From positions 7,796-71,795 of the forward strand of contig JAFGGC010000013.1 in assembly GCA_016930715.1 (NCBI GenBank): a stretch of DNA of 64,000 nucleotides, given 5' to 3'. Each line of letters starts with the position of its first letter. Within the stretch, counting starts at the first letter, position 1. Position numbers and translations under genes: made by a program. The notes below the pieces were generated by a model. It saw only the letters and a list, made by a program, of their open reading frames with translations, did no database searches and was not told the origin of the DNA. The stretch comes from Endomicrobiales bacterium. GTDB taxonomy: Bacteria > Elusimicrobiota > Endomicrobiia > Endomicrobiales > JAFGGC01. Shown here piece by piece: positions 44,778-55,218 of this stretch.

Positions 44778-45916
44778 AAAGACCATACGTAATTTTTTGC
44801 CTGCTTCTGTTCCTTACTGTCCTGGCCAATGCGCAGAGGATAAGGGAGAGCATCATTAAGGTCGGGATACTCACCGGGGTGACCTCATTTAACATATCCT
44901 GCGATAAGGAATATTACGTTTACGAATTGGCCGTCGGAAAAAAGAGAAACATTGAGCCCGGCAACGATTATCTGGCGCGCTACTCCGAAGGGGTAGTAAC
45001 GCTGAACGGGCTCAGGCTGAAACCGCCTTTCAGGGTGATACCGAAACACGACGGGAGCTTCATAAGGGTCAACGGCAGAAGGTACAGGGACAATATAATC
45101 GTTATCAAAGCCGGCGCGAAGCTGAATGTCATAAACGAGCTGGGCATCGAGGATTACATATACGGTATCCTTCCGAGGGAGGTAAACCCCTCCTGGCCGC
45201 TCGAGTCGCTCAAGGCCCAGGCCGTGGTATCGAGGACATACGCCCTGAGAAACCTGAGGCGCCACGAAAAAGATGGTTTTGACGTCTGCAACAAGACGCA
45301 CTGTCAGGTTTACGGGGGCGTAGAATCCGAGGATGCCAGGAGTAACAAGGCTGTTGATAAGACAAGGGGCGAGGTCCTTGTGTACAAAGGCGAGCTGGCG
45401 CAGGCGCTGTTCCACGCTTCCTGCGGCGGGCACACGGAGGACCCGAAATATGTCTGGACCTGGACCTCCGATGTTCCTCCGTATTTGAGAGGAAGGAAAG
45501 ACCGCTATTGCTGCGACAGTCCGCACGAGCACTGGGAAAACAAGATAGAAGCTTCACTCATCAAAAGCAGGTTGAACAAGGCGGGATACCCCGTCGGCAA
45601 TCTCAGAAGCATCAGCTTTTTCGGGAATGACGGTTCGGGAAGGCCAAAAACGCTTAAAATAAGGCACAGCCGAGGCACTCTTAATATTCTTCCGGCAAAG
45701 TTCAGGATGGCCGTTGACCCGTGGCTTGTCAAAAGCGCCATGATAACGAGCGTTAAAGAATCCGGCGGCTCATTTGTTTTTAAAGGCAAGGGGTGGGGCC
45801 ACGGCGTAGGGATGTGCCAATGGGGTGCCAAAGCAATGAGCGAACGAGGCAAGGACTACAAGGATATCCTTGGGTTCTACTACCCCGGCACTAAAGTTGA
45901 AAGGTGGGAACATTGA
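44774..45916 (+). CDS. SpoIID/LytB domain protein
   Basis: ATG 44774 gives the signal peptide MKRPYVIFCLLLFLTVLANA. LKAQAVVSRTYAL, HCQVYGG, ASCGGHTE, GHGVGMCQWGA. Confidence 0.85.
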   Translation: MKRPYVIFCLLLFLTVLANAQRIRESIIKVGILTGVTSFNISCDKEYYVYELAVGKKRNIEPGNDYLARYSEGVVTLNGLRLKPPFRVIPKHDGSFIRVNGRRYRDNIIVIKAGAKLNVINELGIEDYIYGILPREVNPSWPLESLKAQAVVSRTYALRNLRRHEKDGFDVCNKTHCQVYGGVESEDARSNKAVDKTRGEVLVYKGELAQALFHASCGGHTEDPKYVWTWTSDVPPYLRGRKDRYCCDSPHEHWENKIEASLIKSRLNKAGYPVGNLRSISFFGNDGSGRPKTLKIRHSRGTLNILPAKFRMAVDPWLVKSAMITSVKESGGSFVFKGKGWGHGVGMCQWGAKAMSERGKDYKDILGFYYPGTKVERWEH

Positions 45917-46983
45917 ATAAGGTTCTTGGTAAGGACGTTGACGAAGCCAGGCTGTCAGCCTACGAATACGAACTTCCGAAAGGTCTTGTCGCGCAGGAGC
46001 CTACCGAGAAGCGTGATGAGTCGCGCCTTATGGTCTTGAGCAGGAGAAGCGGGAAAATAATGCACAAGAGGTTTTCGGACATGACAGAGTTCCTGAACCC
46101 CGGGGACTGTCTTGTGATGAACAGGACGAAGGTCGTTCCGGCGAGGCTTTTCGGCAGGAAGGCGACCGGCGGCAGGGTTGAGGTTCTTTTTCTAAACGGT
46201 TTTGGAATTGAATTGCCGAAGGTGGTTGCCCTTTTGAAACCGTTCCTGAAAACGGGCACAAGGATAACGTTTCCCGGAGGTCTGACCGCTTGCGTGGAAG
46301 CGAAAACAGCGCTCGGGGAAACGGTGCTTGAACTCTCAGGAGCCGATCTCGGGTCAGTTCTTGAAACACACGGCGACATGCCCCTTCCTCCTTACATAAA
46401 ACGGGGTGCCGGGTCAAAACCCGGGTTAAAATCTCTCGACAGGGAGCGCTACCAGACGGTCTACGCCACGCAGGAAGGCTCCATCGCCGCTCCCACCGCG
46501 GGGCTGCATTTCACGCAGGGAATGATATCGGATATCAAGGCAAAGGGCGTCGAAGTCGCGGAAGTGGTTTTGCACGTAGGTTGGGGGACTTTCAGGCCTT
46601 TGGTGTCGAAGAAAGTGGCGGATCACAAGATGTTATCCGAGTATTACGAAATAAGCGGCGATTCCGCTGATAAAATAAACGGAGCCAGAAAAAGAGGTCG
46701 GAGGGTTATTGCCGTTGGAACGACGTCGGTGCGCGCGCTTGAAAGCGCGGTCGAAGCAGGGAGAGTGACGCCTCAAAAAAACAACACGTCACTTTTTATT
46801 CATCCGGGCCAGAAATTCCGGGTTATTGATTCCATGATAACGAATTTCCACCTTCCGCGTTCGACGCCGCTCCTTATGGTGTGCGCCTTTGCCGGAAGGA
46901 ACAGGATATTTGCCGCCTACAGAGAGGCGATTGAGGCAAAATACCGTTTCTTCTCCTACGGCGACGCGATGTTGATACTCTAA
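45904..46983 (+). CDS. queA: S-adenosylmethionine:tRNA ribosyltransferase-isomerase
   Basis: YEYELPKGLVAQEP..RDESRLMVL, PLPPYIKR, YQTVYA, AAPTAGLHFT, GTTSVRALES. The start is uncertain (GTG 45904 or TTG 45913). Confidence 0.9.
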   Translation: MGTLNKVLGKDVDEARLSAYEYELPKGLVAQEPTEKRDESRLMVLSRRSGKIMHKRFSDMTEFLNPGDCLVMNRTKVVPARLFGRKATGGRVEVLFLNGFGIELPKVVALLKPFLKTGTRITFPGGLTACVEAKTALGETVLELSGADLGSVLETHGDMPLPPYIKRGAGSKPGLKSLDRERYQTVYATQEGSIAAPTAGLHFTQGMISDIKAKGVEVAEVVLHVGWGTFRPLVSKKVADHKMLSEYYEISGDSADKINGARKRGRRVIAVGTTSVRALESAVEAGRVTPQKNNTSLFIHPGQKFRVIDSMITNFHLPRSTPLLMVCAFAGRNRIFAAYREAIEAKYRFFSYGDAMLIL

Positions 46984-47053
46984 GTTGAAGTTGTCAGAAC
47001 ACCTGACAATCTCTGGTAATAAATTAGATTGCACGGACGAAGGCAAGAGGGTT

Positions 47054-47088
47054 TAATCATTCTAATCGGTGTGTTAATCCGTGTAATC
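47054..47088 (+). promoter_or_regulatory. four direct TAATC repeats (candidate regulator-binding array)
   Basis: taatc at 47054, 47063, 47075 and 47084 (spacing 9, 12, 9). The array ends 34 nt upstream of the -35 at 47122. Confidence 0.35.
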
Positions 47089-47121
47089 AGGGCTGTTGAG
47101 GTTTTTCTCAACAACCTTGAG

Positions 47122-47150
47122 TTGCCAAAATGAGATTAAATTTATAAAAT
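47122..47150 (+). promoter_or_regulatory. sigma70-type promoter
   Basis: ttgcca-N17-taaaat, 65 nt upstream of ATG 47215. Confidence 0.5.
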
Positions 47151-47214
47151 CTTTCCGTAAACGCAGCCTTGCTGGCGGTTCAGGACCGCAACTTTTCTTA
47201 AAAAGGAGTCTGTC

Positions 47215-47568
47215 ATGGAGAAAAAGCTCGGCGGAGTTGAGGATTATTTTGCGCATGTCGGAGTGGTGGCGTTAAAGCTTAAAGGGGACATTAAAGTCGG
47301 CGAGACGATCCGCGTCAGGGGGCATACCACCGACTTTACCCAGACCGTGGTGTCCATGCAGATAGACCACGTGCCTGTCCAGGAAGCCAAAAAGGGACAG
47401 GACGTGGGCATCAAGGTCATAGACCGCGCCCGCAAGACGGACACGGTCTATAAGGTCCTGCCTGATGTCAAAAAATCGGCTGCGGCAAAAAAAGCCGCGC
47501 CGAAAAAGAAGCCCGCCGCCAAGAAAAAAACCGCGAAAAAGAAAACTTCAAAAAAGAAAAAGAAATAG
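47215..47568 (+). CDS. EF-Tu domain-2-like beta-barrel protein with a Lys/Ala-rich histone-H1-like tail
   Basis: G.V..YF....V.V..L.G.IKVGE.I...GHTTDF.Q.V.SMQ core, then AAKKAAPKKKPAAKKKTAKKKTSKKKKK. AAGGAG SD. Confidence 0.7.
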   Translation: MEKKLGGVEDYFAHVGVVALKLKGDIKVGETIRVRGHTTDFTQTVVSMQIDHVPVQEAKKGQDVGIKVIDRARKTDTVYKVLPDVKKSAAAKKAAPKKKPAAKKKTAKKKTSKKKKK

Positions 47569-47796
47569 AAATTGGCATCCTGTAAACACCTGCATCAGCA
47601 GATGATATCCGCCAGAAGGCTTCCGCAGCTGAATCAATGGCGGACTGCTTCGGCGGGTTATTCCGCCAAAGGCGGGAGTCGGGATACCCTCCTACGCAAA
47701 ACGTGACTTGCAATGACCGCAGCTATTCGCTGCATTGCAATCACAGCTTCGGAGGGTTGTCTGCCGGTAGATGAAGGTTATGAAAAACCGGCAGAC

Positions 47797-47845
47797 AAAA
47801 AAAAGCCTTACTCAATTTGTTGCCTGAATTAATTGAGTAAGGCTT
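47797..47845 (-). terminator. rho-independent terminator (minus strand)
   Basis: Perfect 15-bp stem aagccttactcaatt (47803-47817) / aattgagtaaggctt (47831-47845). On the minus strand it is followed by T8 (complement of the A-run at 47797-47804). Confidence 0.7.
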
Positions 47846-47867
47846 GCTTCTTGGGCAACTTCCTGCT

Positions 47868-47960
47868 GCAACCGCGTGCTTCTACTGCAAACTGCTTGAG
47901 GCAACCGCACACTTCTGCTGCATACTGCTTGTGGCAACTGCGCGCTTCTTGCTGCAACAT
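47868..47960. repeat. 33-nt tandem repeat, about 2.7 copies
   Basis: Unit 1 is 47868-47900 and unit 2 is 47901-47933 (27 of 33 identical). Unit 3 is partial, from 47934. Confidence 0.7.
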
Positions 47961-48064
47961 CCATCTTCTGCTTCCGTCTAATCTTTGCCTTTTGTTCCGG
48001 CTTCAAACGGGGCGGAACATGCTTCGGGCAATCCTGACCCCCGGCCTGGTTCGGCCGCACCTAC

Positions 48065-48092
48065 ATTGTATCACTTTAGCTGCCTTTGTCAA
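48065..48092 (-). promoter_or_regulatory. near-consensus sigma70 promoter on the minus strand
   Basis: Minus strand reads ttgaca (complement of 48087-48092), N16, tacaat (complement of 48065-48070). Confidence 0.6.
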
Positions 48093-48136
48093 GCCCGCGA
48101 AATAACTTTTCACGCCCCTTTCTGCCGTTATATTTT

Positions 48137-48165
48137 TTGATTAAACGGGGCAAAATTGATATAAT
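48137..48165 (+). promoter_or_regulatory. sigma70-type promoter; predicts a near-leaderless HD-protein mRNA
   Basis: ttgatt-N17-tataat. ATG 48175 is 9 nt after the -10 and has no SD. It is divergent from the minus-strand promoter 45 nt away. Confidence 0.6.
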
Positions 48166-48174
48166 TTCACCGTT

Positions 48175-51111
<2,937 letters not shown>

Positions 51112-51143
51112 TACCGTCCCGGGCGGACGGCAAGGAGAGCACT

Positions 51144-51515
51144 ATGAAACTTGTTTCACTTTTGTCAGCAATCTTAATGGGGCCTGCCGCTGTCTTCGCG
51201 GCCGATCCAGTTCCGCCGGCACAGAGCCCGATGGGGAGTTTTCTCCCACTTATAGTTATATTCGTCATTTTTTACTTTTTCCTCATAAGGCCCCAGCAGA
51301 AGAAGGCCAAGGAGCACCAGAACATGCTCAATGCACTTAAAAAAGACGACAAGATAATCACCAACGGCGGTCTTTACGGGACGATAGCCAGCGTTAAGGG
51401 CGAGATCGTTGAGGTTAAGGTCGCGGACAACGTGAAAGTCCAGGTAGCCAAAAGCGCCGTTGCAACCCTTGTCAAGAGCGAAGGCGAGGCCGTGAATCCC
51501 GAAATTGTGAAGTAA
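51144..51515 (+). CDS. yajC: preprotein translocase subunit YajC
   Basis: LIVIFVIFYFFLIRPQQKKAKEHQNML..LKKDDKIIT.GG..GTI. Confidence 0.9.
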   Translation: MKLVSLLSAILMGPAAVFAADPVPPAQSPMGSFLPLIVIFVIFYFFLIRPQQKKAKEHQNMLNALKKDDKIITNGGLYGTIASVKGEIVEVKVADNVKVQVAKSAVATLVKSEGEAVNPEIVK

Positions 51516-51522
51516 TTTAAAG

Positions 51523-52218
51523 ATGATAAAATCTAAAATAATAAAACACCATTATTCCGGAATAACCGTTGAAGCCGTGAAAAAGAACGCCCTCGTCAAC
51601 AATTTCATCGAGGCGGCCAACGAATACCTGGGCGCCATAGGCTACACGGAGCACGGTTTCAGGCACGTGAGCCTGGTGGCTTCCGTGGCGCAGAACATAC
51701 TTACCCATCTCAAGTACCCTTCTCCCCTGCCGAAGCTTGCCGGCGTGGCGGGTTACCTCCACGATATAGGCAACGTAGTCAACCGGCTCGACCACGGGCA
51801 GTCGGCGGCGCTCATCGCGATGAGGATACTAAACGAGGCCGGCGCGACACCGGACGAGATAGCGATAGTAATTTCCGCGATAGGCAACCACGAAGAAGAG
51901 GTGGGCGAGCCGGTGAATCCCGTAGCCGCAGCGCTTATACTTGCCGACAAGTCCGACGTTCACAAGACCAGGGTCAGGAACCCCGGCATGATCGGGGTTG
52001 ACATACACGACAGGGTGAACTACGCCGTGGAAAGGTCGTTCCTGAAGATAGACGCGCAAAAAAAAGTGATAACACTTGAACTCACCATCGATACCAGGAT
52101 CTCCCAGGTCATGGAGTATTTCGAGATATTCATGTCAAGGATGATAATGTGCAGGCGCGCGGCGAAGTTCCTGAAATGCAATTTTGAACTCATTATCAAC
52201 GAAAGGAAACTGCTCTAA
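51523..52218 (+). CDS. HD-domain phosphohydrolase, paralog 2
   Basis: GYTEHGFRHV, GYLHDIGN, GNHEEE. The same length and motif order as 48175-48843. Confidence 0.8.
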   Translation: MIKSKIIKHHYSGITVEAVKKNALVNNFIEAANEYLGAIGYTEHGFRHVSLVASVAQNILTHLKYPSPLPKLAGVAGYLHDIGNVVNRLDHGQSAALIAMRILNEAGATPDEIAIVISAIGNHEEEVGEPVNPVAAALILADKSDVHKTRVRNPGMIGVDIHDRVNYAVERSFLKIDAQKKVITLELTIDTRISQVMEYFEIFMSRMIMCRRAAKFLKCNFELIINERKLL

Positions 52219-53633
52219 TGTCAAAAACCCAGATTAAACTAGCGTTGACGGTCGTATTTCTCGGAGTCGCCCTCTATTTTCTGTATCCGACGTGGGAATG
52301 GTACCAGCTGCCCCAACAGGAAAGGGAACAGAGGGAAAGATTCAAGGACAAGATAGTTACCAAGATCTTGAACCTCGGGCTTGACCTGAGGGGAGGCACG
52401 CACCTGGTGCTTGAGCTGGACGTGGCCAAGCTAGAACCCGGCACCAACATCGCGGAGGCGGTTGACAGGGCCATAGAAATAATAAGAAACCGCGTCGATC
52501 AGTTCGGCGTGGCCGAGCCCCTAATAACCAGACAGGGCGAAAGATGGATAGTCGTCCAGCTTCCCGGCGTCAAAGACCCTGGCCGGGCGAAGAGTTTGAT
52601 AGGGAAAACGGCCCTCCTTGAGTTCAGGCTCGTGGAAAGCGGAACGGTTCTGTCGGAGATAGTCCAGAAGCTTCAGGACAAGGGAGTCCGGCCCGACGAG
52701 ATATCTAAATTTCCAGAAATCGAAAAGATGGTGCCAAAGGGTTTTGAAATACTGCCGGGCAAGGAAGAAAGGTACTATCTCGTCAAATCCACACCTGAGC
52801 TTACCGGGGCCTATCTCGTCAATGCCAAGGTGGAGCTCGGCGGGCAGTACGGTTTTCCGCACGTTTCCCTGGAGTTCAACAAGGACGGAGGCAGGATATT
52901 TGCCAACGTCACCGAGGCCAACGTGGACAGGAACCTCGCGATAGTGCTCGATGGGATAGTCCAGTCGGCGCCGGTGATAAAGACCAGGATTCCCGACGGG
53001 CGCGCCATAATAGAGGGTAACTTCACCATGGAGGATTCCAAGCTTCTTGCCACGGTGCTTCGGGCCGGCGCGCTCCCGGCCCCGGTGAGGATAATCGAGG
53101 AGATAACCGTGGGCCCGACCCTCGGAGAGGATTCCATAAGGTCCGGGGTCATAGCAAGCATAGTTGGTTTCATCATGGTGGTATTTTTCATGATAGTGTA
53201 CTACAGGGTCTCAGGTCTTATAGCGGACGTTGCCCTTTTCCTGAACTTCATACTGCTTCTCGGAATGATGGCGTATTTTCACGCGACGCTGACGCTGCCG
53301 GGTATAGCCGGCATAATCCTTTCTCTGGGCATGGCGGTTGACGCTAACGTGCTCATCCTTGAGAGGATAAGGGAGGAGCTGAAGGCCGGCAAGACGCCGC
53401 GCCTGAGCGTCGACGCGGGATACCAGAAGGCTTTCACTACGATTCTTGACTCGAACCTTACCACGCTCATAGCCGCCATTTTCCTTTTTCAGTTCGGTAC
53501 GGGACCAATAAAGGGTTTCGCGGTCACGCTGACCCTGGGCATAGTCATAAGCATGTTCACGGCGATAGTCGTCACGAAGATGATATACGAGATCGTATTC
53601 CAGGAAGGCCTTGAATACGCAATAAAATACTAG
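52218..53633 (+). CDS. secD: protein translocase subunit SecD
   Basis: LGLDLRGG, ITRQGE.RIVVQLPG, and the C-terminal six-TM block with LTLPGIAGIILSLGMAVDANVLI. Confidence 0.95.
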   Translation: MSKTQIKLALTVVFLGVALYFLYPTWEWYQLPQQEREQRERFKDKIVTKILNLGLDLRGGTHLVLELDVAKLEPGTNIAEAVDRAIEIIRNRVDQFGVAEPLITRQGERWIVVQLPGVKDPGRAKSLIGKTALLEFRLVESGTVLSEIVQKLQDKGVRPDEISKFPEIEKMVPKGFEILPGKEERYYLVKSTPELTGAYLVNAKVELGGQYGFPHVSLEFNKDGGRIFANVTEANVDRNLAIVLDGIVQSAPVIKTRIPDGRAIIEGNFTMEDSKLLATVLRAGALPAPVRIIEEITVGPTLGEDSIRSGVIASIVGFIMVVFFMIVYYRVSGLIADVALFLNFILLLGMMAYFHATLTLPGIAGIILSLGMAVDANVLILERIREELKAGKTPRLSVDAGYQKAFTTILDSNLTTLIAAIFLFQFGTGPIKGFAVTLTLGIVISMFTAIVVTKMIYEIVFQEGLEYAIKY

Positions 53634-53650
53634 ATCGGAGGTTTACCGGC

Positions 53651-54580
53651 GTGCAATTCCTACATGATACCAAAATTGATTTTTTAGGAAAAAGAAAGGT
53701 TTTCTTCATTTTATCGAGTATTTTGATATTGGCTGGCGCCGTGTCGCTCGTTTTGAAAGGCGGGCCGAACCTTGGCATCGATTTCAAGGGGGGTGTCCTG
53801 CTCCAGCTTTCTTTCAGCCAGTCGATGGATCTCGACACGCTGAGAGGTACGCTGACATCGGGCGGCATAGACGGTTTCGAGCTCCAAAGCACCAGCAGGG
53901 ACTGGATAATCATCAGGGTCAAGAAGACCGACATAACCCAAGATGAACTTTCGGAAAAACTCCTTGCGATACTTAAGGAAAAGTTCCCTGATATAACGGT
54001 GAACATAGAGAGCACCGAGTACGTGGGGCCTGCGGTGGGAAGGCACCTTTTCAAGCAGGCATTTTTCGCGATAATTTTCTCGCTTCTGGGAATCATCGTT
54101 TACGTGGCGTTCAGGTTCCATTCGGGTATCTGGGGAACGGCCGGCGTTCTCGCGCTCGCGCACGACGTTTTCTTGGTACTGGGTCTGTTCTCGATACTCG
54201 ACAAGGAAATAACCCTCACGGTCGTGGCGGCGCTTCTCACCTTGGCCGGTTTTTCGATCAATGACACCATAGTAATATTCGACAGGATAAGGGAAAACAC
54301 CAGGCTTCTTGTTAAGGAGGAGCTGGGCAACATAATAAACAGAAGCGTCAACGAAACTCTTTCGAGAACCATCATAACTTCGCTGACCGTGTTCTTCGTG
54401 GTCCTGACGTTGTTCCTTTTCGGCGGCGACGTTATACATGATTTCGCTTTTGCGCTGCTCATAGGTGTCGTGGTTGGAAGTTATTCGACGATATTCGTGG
54501 CCAGCCCCATAGTATACGAATGGCAGATGATGCGCAAAAAAAGAATATCGGCGAAACTGCGCGGCGGCGGCAGAAAATAA
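53651..54580 (+). CDS. secF: protein translocase subunit SecF
   Basis: GTG start. IDFLGKRKVFFILS, LGIDFKGG, SINDTIVIFDRIREN. Confidence 0.95.
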   Translation: MQFLHDTKIDFLGKRKVFFILSSILILAGAVSLVLKGGPNLGIDFKGGVLLQLSFSQSMDLDTLRGTLTSGGIDGFELQSTSRDWIIIRVKKTDITQDELSEKLLAILKEKFPDITVNIESTEYVGPAVGRHLFKQAFFAIIFSLLGIIVYVAFRFHSGIWGTAGVLALAHDVFLVLGLFSILDKEITLTVVAALLTLAGFSINDTIVIFDRIRENTRLLVKEELGNIINRSVNETLSRTIITSLTVFFVVLTLFLFGGDVIHDFAFALLIGVVVGSYSTIFVASPIVYEWQMMRKKRISAKLRGGGRK

Positions 54581-54581
54581 C

Positions 54582-55160
54582 GTGAAGAAGATAAAACATT
54601 TTAAAATCAATATCAGGACGCGCGAGGTTTACAGGCTTCTAAAATCGAGCCTTGGCGCTGATCCGGGTCCGGATGTGGAAGAAGCGGTCGAACGGGAAAG
54701 CTTCAGGATACAGAAGGTTGTTTCTCTCGCCGCGCTGTATGATTCTCTTCCAAAGGAGAAGTTCCTGAGCGAACTGTTGTTTGACCCGCCTGACAAATGG
54801 ATAGCGGCGGGTCTTTTCGTCGTTACCGCGGGCGATGAAATTGAAAGAGAAATAAAACAAGCGCACGACAAGAATGACGAAACGCTGGCCAGGATACTGC
54901 ACGCGGTCTCGGTGGAAGCCCTGGAACAGGCGGAGAACTTTGTCTGGCGGCTGATGGCCGAAGAGGCAAAAGAGGAATACTGCGAACTTTCAAGGCGCGT
55001 ATCCGTTGACGCGAAGGAAACCAGGGAAAAAGTGCTCGGGGTCCTTCCGGGCGACAAGATAGGCATAAGACTTGCGGAGAACGGTGCTTTCATGCCGTTG
55101 TATTCGTCTTCGGGGATTTCCTACTGGGTTCCCACGAGAAGGCGCAACTCGAAGAATTAA
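54582..55160 (+). CDS. hypothetical protein (possibly methionine-synthase activation-domain-like)
   Basis: C-terminal KIGIRLAENGAFMPLYSSSGISYWV resembles the ..G..L.E.G.M.P.KS.SG motif of that fold. Weak, from memory only. Confidence 0.4.
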   Translation: MKKIKHFKINIRTREVYRLLKSSLGADPGPDVEEAVERESFRIQKVVSLAALYDSLPKEKFLSELLFDPPDKWIAAGLFVVTAGDEIEREIKQAHDKNDETLARILHAVSVEALEQAENFVWRLMAEEAKEEYCELSRRVSVDAKETREKVLGVLPGDKIGIRLAENGAFMPLYSSSGISYWVPTRRRNSKN

Positions 55161-55218
55161 CCCTTAAATCGCGCGTTCAGCTCCCTCCGATAATCGGTAT
55201 TTTTCAAAGGGCATTGCG

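Larger units (their letters stand above)
47797..48058 (-). other. orphan promoter-to-terminator unit of about 260 nt: candidate sRNA or 50-aa repeat mini-protein (ORF 47812-47964)
   Basis: Bounded by a TTGACA-N16-TACAAT promoter and a strong terminator. Contains a 33-nt tandem repeat. The internal ATG at 47964 has GGAAG 6 nt upstream, and the stop lies inside the terminator stem. Confidence 0.5.

Noticed and set aside
47868-47960. Possible CRISPR array.
   Set aside because: The 33-nt units are contiguous with no spacers, there are only about 2.7 copies, and no cas genes are in the window. This is a simple tandem repeat inside a small transcription unit.
47797-48058. Identification of the minus-strand RNA as SRP (4.5S), 6S, tmRNA or RNase P RNA.
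   Set aside because: Isolated words (gtcagg, ccggaa, ggaagcag) recall SRP helix 8, but they are not contiguous or in a GNRA-hairpin context. There is no tRNA-like end or tag ORF (tmRNA), no GAGGAAAGUCC-type core (RNase P), and no long 5'/3' closing helix (6S).
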